Below, piece by piece: positions 1 to 12,100 of a stretch of DNA of 34,035 nt. The position numbers and the translations under genes were made by a program. The stretch covers positions 1 through 34,035 of the forward strand of contig JAUCBJ010006293.1 of NCBI GenBank assembly GCA_032718475.1. Direction: 5' to 3'. Source of the stretch: Nemertoderma westbladi. Lineage: Eukaryota; Animalia; Xenacoelomorpha. The notes beneath the pieces were generated by a model. The model was not told the DNA's origin, did no database searches, and was given only the letters and a program-made list of their open reading frames with translations. Every line of letters starts with the position of its first letter. Positions within the stretch are counted from its first letter, which is position 1.

Positions 1-3000
1 TTTGTACTTAAATGTGGGTGCATTGTTCCTCTCTTTGTACTACATTTGGGTGCATTGTTCCTCTCTTTGTACTTAAATGTGGGTGCATTGTTCCTCTCTT
101 TGTACTTACATGTGGGTACATTGTTCCTCTCTTTGTACTTAGATGTGGGTGTTGTTCCTCCCTTTGTACTTAAATGTGGGTGCATTGTTCCTCTCTTTGT
201 ACTTAGATGTGGGTGTTGTTCCTCCCTTTGTACTTAAATGTGGGTGCATTGTTCCTCTCTTTGTACTTAGATGTGGGTGTTGTTCCTCCCTTTGTACTTA
301 AATGTGGGTGCATTGTTCCTCTCTTTGTACTTAGATGTGGGTGTTGTTCCTCCCTTTGTACTTAAATGTGGGTGCATTGTTCCTCTCTTTGTACTACATT
401 TGGGTGCATTGTTCCTCTCTTTGTACTACATTTGGGTACATTGTTCCTCCCTTTGTACTTACATATGGGTGCATTGTTCCTCCCTTTGTACTTACATGTG
501 GGTGCATTGTTCCTCCCTTTGTACTTAAATGTGGGTGCATTGTTCCTCTCTTTGTACTTAGATGTGGGTGCATTGTTCCTCCCTTTGTACTTAAATGTGG
601 GTGCATTGTTCCTCTCTTTGTACTTAGATGTGGGTGTTGTTCCTCCCTTTGTACTTAAATGTGGGTGCATTGTTCCTCTCTTTGTACTTAGATGCGGGTG
701 TTGTTCATCCCTTTGTACTTAAATGTGGGTGCATTGTTCCTCTCTTTGTACTTACATTTGGGTGCATTGTTCCTCCCTTTGTACTTACATGTGGGTGCAT
801 TGTTCCTCTCTTTGTACTTACATGTGGGTACATTGTTCCTCCCTTTGTACTTACATGTGGGTGCATTGTTCCTCTCTTTGTACTACATTTGGGTGCATTG
901 TTCCTCTCTTTGTACTACATGTGGGTACATTGTTCCTCTCTTTGTACTTAAATGTGGGTGCATTGTTCCTCCCTTTGTACTTAAATGTGGGTGCATTGTT
1001 CCTCCCTTTGTACTTACATGTGGGTGCATTGTTCCTCTCTTTGTACTACATTTGGGTGCATTGTTCCTCTCTTTGTACTACATGTGGGTACATTGTTCCT
1101 CTCTTTGTACTTAAATGTGGGTGCATTGTTCCTCTCTTTGTACTTACATGTGGGTACATTGTTCCTCCCTTTGTACTTACATGTGGGTGCATTGTTCCTC
1201 TCTTTGTACTACATTTGGGTGCATTGTTCCTCTCTTTGTACTACATGTGGGTGCATTGTTCCTCTCTTTGTACTTAGATGTGGGTGTTGTTCCTCCCTTT
1301 GTACTTAAATGTGGGTGCATTGTTCCTCTCTTTGTACTTAGATGTGGGTGTTGTTCCTCCCTTTGTACTTAAATGTGGGTGCATTGTTCCTCTCTTTGTA
1401 CTACATTTGGGTGCATTGTTCCTCCCTTTGTACTTACATGTGGGTGCATTGTTCCTCTCTTTGTACTTAGATGTGGGTGCATTGTTCCTCCCTTTGTACT
1501 ACATTTGGGTGCATTGTTCCTCTCTTTGTACTACATGTGGGTGCATTGTTCCTCTCTTTGTACTTAGATGTGGGTGTTGTTCCTCCCTTTGTACTTAAAT
1601 GTGGGTGCATTGTTCCTCCCTTTGTACTTACATGTGGGTGCATTGTTCCTCTCTTTGTACTACATTTGGGTGCATTGTTCCTCTCTTTGTACTACATGTG
1701 GGTACATTGTTCCTCCCTTTGTACTTACATGTGGGTGCATTGTTCCTCTCTTTGTACTTAGATGTGGGTGCATTGTTCCTCCCTTTGTACTTACATGTGG
1801 GTGCATTGTTCCTCTCTTTGTACTTAGATGTGGGTGCATTGTTCCTCCCTTTGTACTACATTTGGGTGCATTGTTCCTCTCTTTGTACTACATTTGGGTG
1901 CATTGTTCCTCCCTTTGTACTTACATGTGGGTGCATTGTTCCTCTCTTTGTACTTAGATGTGGGTGCATTGTTCCTCCCTTTGTACTACATTTGGGTGCA
2001 TTGTTCCTCTCTTTGTACTACATGTGGGTACATTGTTCCTCTCTTTGTACTTAAATGTGGGTGCATTGTTCCTCCCTTTGTACTTAAATGTGGGTGCATT
2101 GTTCCTCCCTTTGTACTTACATGTGGGTGCATTGTTCCTCTCTTTGTACTACATTTGGGTGCATTGTTCCTCTCTTTGTACTACATGTGGGTACATTGTT
2201 CCTCTCTTTGTACTTAAATGTGGGTGCATTGTTCCTCTCTTTGTACTTACATGTGGGTACATTGTTCCTCCCTTTGTACTTACATGTGGGTGCATTGTTC
2301 CTCTCTTTGTACTACATTTGGGTGCATTGTTCCTCTCTTTGTACTACATGTGGGTGCATTGTTCCTCTCTTTGTACTTAGATGTGGGTGTTGTTCCTCCC
2401 TTTGTACTTAAATGTGGGTGCATTGTTCCTCTCTTTGTACTTAGATGTGGGTGTTGTTCCTCCCTTTGTACTTAAATGTGGGTGCATTGTTCCTCTCTTT
2501 GTACTTACATGTGGGTACATTGTTCCTCCCTTTGTACTTAAATGTGGGTGCATTGTTCCTCTCTTTGTACTACATTTGGGTGCATTGTTCCTCCCTTTGT
2601 ACTTACATGTGGGTGCATTGTTCCTCCCTTTGTACTTACATGTGGGTGCATTGTTCCTCTCTTTGTACTACATTTGGGTGCATTGTTCCTCTCTTTGTAC
2701 TACATTTGGGTGCATTGTTCCTCTCTTTGTACTTAGATGTGGGTGTTGTTCCTCCCTTTGTACTTAAATGTGGGTGCATTGTTCCTCTCTTTGTACTACA
2801 TTTGGGTGCATTGTTCCTCTCTTTGTACTACATTTGGGTGCATTGTTCCTCCCTTTGTACTACATGTGGGTGCATTGTTCCTCTCTTTGTACTACATTTG
2901 GGTGCATTGTTCCTCTCTTTGTACTACATTTGGGTGCATTGTTCCTCTCTTTGTACTTAGATGTGGGTGTTGTTCCTCCCTTTGTACTTACATGTGGGTG

Positions 3001-6000
3001 CATTGTTCCTCTCTTTGTACTTACATGTGGGTACATTGTTCCTCCCTTTGTACTTACATGTGGGTGCATTGTTCCTCTCTTTGTACTACATTTGGGTGCA
3101 TTGTTCCTCTCTTTGTACTACATGTGGGTGCATTGTTCCTCCCTTTGTACTTAAATGTGGGTGCATTGTTCCTCTCTTTGTACTTAGATGTGGGTGTTGC
3201 TCCTCCCTTTGTACTTAAATGTGGGTGCATTGTTCCTCTCTTTGTACTTAGATGTGGGTGTTGTTCCTCCCTTTGTACTTAAATGTGGGTGCATTGTTCC
3301 TCTCTTTGTACTTAGATGTGGGTGTTGTTCCTCCCTTTGTACTTAAATGTGGGTACATTGTTCCTCCCTTTGTACTTACATGTGGGTGCATTGTTCCTCC
3401 CTTTGTACTACATTTGGGTACATTGTTCCTCCCTTTGTACTTACATGTGGGTGCATTGTTCCTCCCTTTGTACTTACATATGGGTGCATTGTTCCTCCCT
3501 TTGTACTACATTTGGGTGCATTGTTCCTCCCTTTGTACTACATTTGGGTGCATTGTTCCTCCCTTTGTACTACATTTGGGTGCATTGTTCCTCCCTTTGT
3601 ACTACATTTGGGTGCATTGTTCCTCCCTTTGTACTACATGTGGGTGCATTGTTCCTCCCTTTGTACTACATTTGGGTACATTGTTCCTCCCTTTGTACTT
3701 ACATGTGGGTGCATTGTTCCTCCCTTTGTACTACATGTGGGTGCATTGTTCCTCCCTTTGTACTTACATGTGGGTGCATTGTTCCTCTCTTTGTACTACA
3801 TTTGGGTGCATTGTTCCTCTCTTTGTACTTAGATGTGGGTGTTGTTCCTCCCTTTGTACTTAAATGTGGGTGCATTGTTCCTCTCTTTGTACTTACATGT
3901 GGGTGCATTGTTCCTCTCTTTGTACTACATGTGGCTGCATTGTTCCTCCCTTTGTACTTACATGTGGGTGCATTGTTCCTCTCTTTGTACTACATTTGGG
4001 TGCATTGTTCCTCCCTTTGTACTTACATGTGGGTGCATTGTTCCTCTCTTTGTACTACATTTGGGTGCATTGTTCCTCTCTTTGTACTTAGATGTGGGTG
4101 TTGTTCCTCCCTTTGTACTTAAATGTGGGTGCATTGTTCCTCTCTTTGTACTTACATGTGGGTGCATTGTTCCTCTCTTTGTACTACATGTGGCTGCATT
4201 GTTCCTCCCTTTGTACTTACATGTGGGTGCATTGTTCCTCCCTTTGTACTACATTTGGGTACATTGTTCCTCCCTTTGTACTTACATGTGGGTGCATTGT
4301 TCCTCCCTTTGTACTTACATATGGGTGCATTGTTCCTCCCTTTGTACTACATTTGGGTGCATTGTTCCTCCCTTTGTACTTACATGTGGGTGCATTGTTC
4401 CTCTCTTTGTACTACATTTGGGTGCATTGTTCCTCTCTTTGTACTTAGATGTGGGTGTTGTTCCTCCCTTTGTACTTAAATGTGGGTGCATTGTTCCTCT
4501 CTTTGTACTTACATGTGGGTGCATTGTTCCTCTCTTTGTACTACATGTGGCTGCATTGTTCCTCCCTTTGTACTTACATGTGGGTGCATTGTTCCTCTCT
4601 TTGTACTACATTTGGGTGCATTGTTCCTCCCTTTGTACTTACATGTGGGTGCATTGTTCCTCTCTTTGTACTACATTTGGGTGCATTGTTCCTCTCTTTG
4701 TACTTAGATGTGGGTGTTGTTCCTCCCTTTGTACTTAAATGTGGGTGCATTGTTCCTCTCTTTGTACTTACATGTGGGTGCATTGTTCCTCTCTTTGTAC
4801 TACATGTGGCTGCATTGTTCCTCCCTTTGTACTTACATGTGGGTGCATTGTTCCTCTCTTTGCACTACATTTGGGTGCATTGTTCCTCTCTTTGTACTTA
4901 GATGTGGGTGTTGTTCCTCCCTTTGTACTTAAATGTGGGTGCATTGTTCCTCTCTTTGTACTTACATGTGGGTGCATTGTTCCTCTCTTTGTACTACATG
5001 TGGCTGCATTGTTCCTCCCTTTGTACTTACATGTGGGTGCATTGTTCCTCTCTTTGTACTACATTTGGGTACATTGTTCCTCCCTTTGTACTTACATGTG
5101 GGTGCATTGTTCCTCCCTTTGTACTTACATATGGGTGCATTGTTCCTCCCTTTGTACTACATTTGGGTGCATTGTTCCTCTCTTTGTACTACATTTGGGT
5201 GCATTGTTCCTCTCTTTGTACTACATTTGGGTGCATTGTTCCTCTCTTTGTACTTAGATGTGGGTGTTGTTCCTCCCTTTGTACTTAAATGTGGGTGCAT
5301 TGTTCCTCTCTTTGTACTACATTTGGGTGCATTGTTCCTCTCTTTGTACTTAGATGTGGGTGTTGTTCCTCCCTTTGTACTTAAATGTGGGTGCATTGTT
5401 CCTCTCTTTGTACTTACATTTGGGTACATTGTTCCTCCCTTTGTACTTACATGTGGGTGCATTGTTCCTCTCTTTGTACTACATTTGGGTGCATTGTTCC
5501 TCCCTTTGTACTTACATGTGGGTGCATTGTTCCTCTCTTTGTACTACATTTGGGTGCATTGTTCCTCTCTTTGTACTTACATTTGGGTACATTGTTCCTC
5601 CCTTTGTACTTACATGTGGGTGCATTGTTCCTCCCTTTGTACTACATTTGGGTGCATTGTTCCTCCCTTTGTACTTACATATGGGTGCATTGTTCCTCCC
5701 TTTGTACTACATTTGGGTGCATTGTTCCTCTCTTTGTACTACATTTGGGTGCATTGTTCCTCTCTTTGTACTTACATTTGGGTACATTGTTCCTCCCTTT
5801 GTACTTACATGTGGGTGCATTGTTCCTCTCTTTGTACTACATTTGGGTGCATTGTTCCTCTCTTTGTACTTACATTTGGGTACATTGTTCCTCCCTTTGT
5901 ACTTACATGTGGGTGCATTGTTCCTCCCTTTGTACTACATTTGGGTGCATTGTTCCTCCCTTTGTACTTACATATGGGTGCATTGTTCCTCCCTTTGTAC

Positions 6001-7228
6001 TTACATGTGGGTGCATTGTTCCTCCCTTTGTACTTACATGTGGGTACATTGTTCCTCCCTTTGTACTTAAATGTGGGTGCATTGTTCCTCTCTTTGTACT
6101 TAGATGTGGGTGTTGTTCCTCCCTTTGTACTTAAATGTGGGTGCATTGTTCCTCTCTTTGTACTTACATGTGGGTGCATTGTTCCTCTCTTTGTACTACA
6201 TGTGGCTGCATTGTTCCTCCCTTTGTACTTACATGTGGGTGCATTGTTCCTCTCTTTGTACTACATTTGGGTGCATTGTTCCTCCCTTTGTACTTACATA
6301 TGGGTGCATTGTTCCTCCCTTTGTACTTACATGTGGGTGCATTGTTCCTCCCTTTGTACTTAAATGTGGGTGCATTGTTCCTCTCTTTGTACTTAGATGT
6401 GGGTGCATTGTTCCTCCCTTTGTACTTAAATGTGGGTGCATTGTTCCTCTCTTTGTACTTAGATGTGGGTGTTGTTCCTCCCTTTGTACTTAAATGTGGG
6501 TGCATTGTTCCTCTCTTTGTACTTAGATGTGGGTGTTGTTCATCCCTTTGTACTTACATTTGGGTGCATTGTTCCTCCCTTTGTACTTAAATGTGGGTGC
6601 ATTGTTCCTCTCTTTGTACTACATTTGGGTGCATTGTTCCTCCCTTTGTACTACATTTGAGTGCATTGTTCCTCTCTTTGTACTTACATGTGGGTGCATT
6701 GTTCCTCCCTTTGTACTTACACTTACATGTTTCCTCCCTTCGTACTTACTTGCGGGTGCATTGTTCCTCCCTTTGTACTTACATGTGGTTGTTGCTCCTC
6801 CCTTTGTACTTACATGTGGGTACATTGTTCCTCTCTTTGTACTTAAATGTGGGTGTTGTTCCTCCCTTTGTACTTATATGTGGGTGCATTGTTCCTCCCT
6901 TTGTACTTACATGTGGGTGCATTGTTCCTCCCTTTGTACTTACATGTGGGTACATTGTTCCTCTCTTTGTACTTAAATGTGGGTGTTGTTCCTCCCTTTG
7001 TACTTATATGTGGGTGCATTGTTCCTCCCTTTGTACTTAAATGTGGGTGCATTGTTCCTCTCTTTGTACTTACATGTGGGTGCATTGTTCCTCCCTTTGT
7101 ACTTACATGTGGGTGCATTGTTCCTCCCTTTGTACTTACATGTGGGTGCATTGTTCCTCCCTTTGTACTTACATTTGGGTGACTTGTTCCTCCCTTTGTA
7201 CTTACATGCGGGTGCATTGTTCCTCCCT
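1..7228. repeat. 31-33 bp minisatellite array (roughly 220 units, truncated by the window start), intronic in the VGLUT-like gene and derived from its exon end plus 5' splice site
   Basis: Consensus on + is TTTGTACTTACATGTGGGTGCATTGTTCCTCYC; on - it reads GRGAGGAACAATGCACCCACAT|GTAAGTACAAA. Variants are 33 bp, 32 bp (ACTACAT) and 31 bp (GGGTGTTG). The last unit merges into the coding exon at 7206-7228. Confidence 0.98.
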
Positions 7229-7395
7229 CGTGCGTAGAGGCATTCCCATTAAGGGTAACTACAGAAACACCTAGATTACATCGGATCCCGAAACTAATAC
7301 AGAAACCAAGGCCGCACATCAGGGCGATGGCGTACCGGGTAGAGATACTACAGCATTGGGGGCACGTGCATGGCAGACGTCCGCGAAACCGATTC
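7206..7395 (-). CDS. VGLUT: Vesicular glutamate transporter (SLC17A6/7/8-like) exon encoding TM1 and the start of the first luminal loop
   Basis: Acceptor ttttcttccctag| and donor |GTAAGT. Translates [63 protein letters not shown], matching the VGLUT motif [34 protein letters not shown]. 190 nt, phase 2 in, phase 0 out. Confidence 0.93.
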
Positions 7396-7974
7396 CTAGG
7401 GAAGAAAAATGCAACAAAAATATTAATAATTATCCTTACAGTTAGGGTGGACCAAAAGTGATCGAAAGTCGAAAATCTATCACAAATCGTTTCGAAAATA
7501 ATCGATCGAATTTTTTTTATTTTGTGATGATTTTAGATGAATTTTTAACTTAAGCATATCACTTTTATTTAACAAACAAGATTTTAATGCAATTTATATT
7601 ACTCATTATTACTATTATTGTTATTATATTCACTTAAGACAAACAGTCGACGATTATATAAATTATATATAAATGGATAGAATGCATATCACACACTGGA
7701 TAAGGCACCAGATCGTCTCAATGATAATTTTATCAAATTTTGATCGCGTTGAATCGGACTTTCGACGCATTCAAAATTGATCCAACTTCAGGGGAAAATC
7801 GAGACAAATATCAGGTGATTAACTCAAAAATTAAACTGTAGCCTTATCTAATCAAATCACTTTAGTAATAAAAAAACATGCCGCTGTAACCTGCTCCTTT
7901 CTTTTAATTTATAATTAACTTTCGCCGAGGCGAGATATTAATTCATCGAGAAGAGATTTGCGTGCATCACAACG

Positions 7975-7996
7975 CCCCCCCCCCCCCCCCCCCCCC
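7975..7996. repeat. Poly-C tract (C22)
   Basis: Direct read. Similar G/C homopolymers occur at 18179-18200, ~19692, ~19772, 30171-30185 and 30237-30262. Confidence 0.9.
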
Positions 7997-8355
7997 ATCT
8001 CAAAAATTACCACAGGATCATGAATGAATACACTTATTTTAGCTTTTCACTCAATGTAATTTTACCACTCTTAGAACCTGCCAACTCGTGTAAAACTTAA
8101 TACACTCGGACAAAATAATTTAATTTCAGTCAATTATAATTAGTTACCGTGATACTACACGATACAGCTTAGCTGTAATCAGATATAGCAACTATCAGAT
8201 AACAACTACAGTTGATATAAAGACAACGTATTGAATCTTGAACTTCAGTACGAAATTACCGAGTCCTACCCCCTAGGACTGTTCAGTCATTTCCTAAACT
8301 ATAAAATAACGGAATAATTAATAAACAGTAGATCCACTGCTATAGTATCTCTTAC

Positions 8356-8463
8356 CTCAATGATGAAGAATCCGCTAATTCTGGGGCACCCCCTATGTGA
8401 CCGTTCTCCAGGGTCTCCTCGTGGTTCAGCAACGATTTCTCATCCAAATTTTTATGCCCCGCC
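8356..8463 (-). CDS. VGLUT: Upstream VGLUT-like exon (cytoplasmic N-terminus)
   Basis: Acceptor aatttttag| and donor GAG|GTAAGA. 108 nt, open: AGHKNLDEKSLLNHEETLENGHIGGAPELADSSSL, ending in phase 2 (AG|G = Arg), which joins in frame to the 7395 exon. GC-richer than its flanks. Confidence 0.72.
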
Positions 8464-9158
8464 CTAAAAATTATAATAATTAATTATATAATAATGTAAT
8501 AATTAATTGCAATTATTGCGGTCTGTCTTGTTCGAGATATAAATGACATACTGTCCTGGTCATATTGCGTATTGTTAAACACTAAACTGAGAATGATCGA
8601 ACATGCTCTTGCGAAATTTTACTTTTACTACATATGTGCTATTCTGAATATAAGTCAATTCAATCATTGATTGAATTCCAAAGCTAAGTCGGTGGTGACA
8701 CCTGACACACCACCGATATACTAATTATATATCACAGGGACTAACCAAATGTAAAAAAAAATACCCTGGAATTCCCGTTCGTGTTGCAGTACCTATAAGA
8801 AGAATCAGTTTTGCCCGTAGGAGTAGATTGTATTCTGTGCATATTTCCTCTAGAGCTTGAATTAGTATTAGCAGGACGTATGCAAAATAGATGGGCAGTG
8901 ACAGGGCTATGTTTGGTGATATGGCGTCCATCGAACTAGGGTCGCCCATACAACCCCCTTCCTATGTACTGTATAATACATCAATACATGGCAGCGAGCT
9001 CATCTATAAAACCGATAATATCATATGCCCGGGAATTATAATTAGAACCCTCGCAGCCTCGCCTTCCAGTGTAATTTTCATTCGTTCAAGTCCAAGTGCA
9101 CAGAGAATAAATTCAAAGCTGGAGTGCTAATAAACAATAAGTTAAATGTTAGGCCTAC

Positions 9159-9175
9159 CTCACAATAGAGTCCAT
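9159..9175 (-). CDS. Candidate VGLUT start-codon exon (MDSIVR)
   Basis: ATGGACTCTATTGTGAG|GTAGGC ends in phase 2, compatible with the 8463 acceptor. Very short, so it could be chance. Confidence 0.3.
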
Positions 9176-12100
9176 TTGATAATCGTGTTCATTTTACATA
9201 AAATTAATTGTACTACTAATCAATAGATAGATAACACCGTAATAACTACAGTTCACAGTTGCAGTACCCGTAACAGTACAAATTAGATATAAATTTCAAA
9301 TTTGACTACATCTTTGAGCCACTGTCAGACAACACTGCCGGTTGTGGTATCCTTATGCAAAGTTCAATACTCAAATATCAGTCTGCAGATGTTTGCTACT
9401 GCTCTAGTGTACTGTGACTGCGACATTACTGGTACTGTGTAGTGTAAGTTACTTTGGCAGCATACTGGGATCAGGCTCTCTGGGTGTCAGGTTATGTTAT
9501 AGACGTTATGAATTAATTGAATTTCCCTCCTAAAAATCCCCATGGCTTAATTCATTAAATCAAATTTAATAGACATTTTATTGCTACTATGTTATGTTAT
9601 TGTGATTTTATGTTATTATATTTATTATTTATTTTATATATCCTATATCGGTATGTTATATTATTAATGGATTGTGGATAATCATTTAATTAAATATTGC
9701 AGTTATTAAAATAAAAATCGTTATAGTAAGGTCTTTTTTATGTACAATAATGCACATGGAATACATGACGGATAGGAGAAAAGATACTATTCAATAATTT
9801 TATTCAATCCAATTTTAGTTTTTTGTGATACTTTAGCTTGTGTGCTTCACTCTTTCGTTTATTGTTTTGATTATAATAATTTGGTCACAACATGGTCTGC
9901 TGTCTGCTAAACATTTACTCCCAACCTGTGTATCTCTAGAAACTTTATGAATAACTGCGACAAAAGAGTAATAATAATTGGACTAACCCAGTTTCAGTTA
10001 ATGTCGAGTAAGAATACCTAGCTAGCCATCATCCCCAAGCCGAGCTATCCTCTCTCCCTAGAGGCTTTACGGGGTTAGCTTAATTGGAAATATTAATTTC
10101 CTGTTTATAATGTAATCTGTAAGGTTGGCACAGTAGTAGGCCTCATGGTTGTACTGTATAATGACGGAAAAGCCACGTTAGTTACTGTATAAAAATAACA
10201 TAAGAGGATTAGGAGGATATTTCTTCGTTGTAAATTAAGTTTGAATTTGAATGCAACTTTATACTGTATATTATAAAAAACTATAGATAGATTTTCGAAT
10301 TTTCATATGGTTTTCTTTTCATAATGCGTGGGAAAGTATGAATTATTGAATGTGGGACTCTTTTAAGGGTGTATTCAGACAGGCCTGTTCACCATCACCG
10401 CTCCAATATGCGGAGGGTTCTTCTCGGCATCCTTAAACGGTCGCCAAATCGGTACCAGTTTTTTGGAGGAGATAAGACCGCACGCATAAGTCGCCAGACT
10501 TTATGCTTATTCCAGCAATCCCGAAATCGCACTGAATTACTTGCGCGCACCACATAGTATGCTATTGACCCACGACAATTAGGTCAGCCATCATTGATTG
10601 ACAGCCACTGCGCACTGCGCGCGATCTGTCTTCTGGGTTCACCTCTACCGATAGTAGTTAAGGCGATAAGTCAACGCGCAAGTCAATTCCAAATATATAT
10701 ATTTTCGAAAATTACTGGCCTCGGAGATTTTATTGGCACTTGAAATCAACATAAACTTGAACTAATTAGGGTGGATTGAATATCTTCTATTGTTTTCCCC
10801 ACAGACTGAACACACGCCCACTCCACTCTTTCTACTGTATTTACTCAGGGTAATTGCGCTACAGTTATAAAGTTAATGCGGCTTCGTTCAGAGGGTCGTG
10901 AATCATTGATGATGTTGGGATGAGGGGTCAACTACAGCCATTGACGACCATCCATAATAGATGAGCGAAGGAATTGCTTGCGAAGCCGCTGTGGAGTGAA
11001 CGTCATACCAACATGATGGAGTACATGCATCTTAGAACTGACAGCAGAAGCATGGTTCCAAGGCCGGGGTTGGTCCGTGGGGGGTTTTATTGAGCAAAAA
11101 TATTATACCTGGTTTCGTGGGCATTCCAAATTAATCCTTTTGATAGGTTTAGTTTGAAGATTAACAGGAAGTACATTTTAATTTGTCTGTTTCTATTTTC
11201 TAACTAAAAATGATTATTAAATTTTTACAGCTATTGGAAAATATTATTCTACAGTTCATTATAAATTGCTTGCATAATTTATATTTTATGTTTAATCAGA
11301 GAAACGTCTAAGAAACCCTTCTTAAACCAAATATCCTACCCTGCTCTATCCACTACAAAGTATCCACTATTGACTAGCTATGGACAATAGGTAGGCTGGA
11401 CCTATATTGCACATTGACTACCACCTACTCTACTGCAGTATTTGTGGCAATAAGTTAGTGCTTTCAGTATTTGACTCGTTATTACCTTTCTGCCTTGCCT
11501 TACAATTGAATGGTTTCTGAGTGCGGCACGCTTGATCGATGATGCAAACCAAACTAATAAGCTTTGAAGGGTACTTTCAGGGTGAAAGTAATGAGAAACC
11601 CCATACCCTCCACATTATCACGGTATCTGTGTAGACACAGTGTTTGGCATACACTGAAAGGCGATTTTGAATATTGCGCGGAAAAGGTATGGCATATATT
11701 ATGAGATTGTATGTACAATACAATGGATTAAAATAACCGTAAATTAATAATAAATCAAATAATTAAGTATACATCTCATTAAGTATAGCCCATTTCACGA
11801 ACACGAACAAAAACGAGCGTTATGTACATATATTGAATTTTTCTTTTTTTTTTCGCATTTTTGCATTACGAAGCGGCGTATAATTGGACTTAATTTTAAG
11901 TGTGTATTGGTGGAGGGTATTATTGCATTAAACGTATGTAGCCAATGTATCAATGTGTGTGTCTCTATTGGTGAAGGGTTTGAATTACATGCGAGTTTCC
12001 ATCTCAAAAATTATGTCAATAAACAACTAACTAACTACCGTGCTCATAGATGTAGGCCTACCTCTGAACTAGGTTAGTAGAGTAAAGAGTAGGGCCTACG

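Noticed and set aside
1-7228. CRISPR array interpretation of the 31-40 bp repeats (also 24375-29773)
   Set aside because: Units are head-to-tail with no unique spacers, there are no cas genes, and the context is eukaryotic and intron-containing.
46-7274. Dozens of Cys/Leu/Val-rich ORFs ([10 protein letters not shown]..., up to 476 aa)
   Set aside because: These are translations of a stop-poor minisatellite in all frames. Only the minus-strand portion 7206-7395 has protein homology.
8725-11100. Short ORFs at 8725-8949, 8891-9130 and 10369-10557, and the GC-richer patch near 10.9-11.1 kb
   Set aside because: No recognisable motifs or consistent splice signals.
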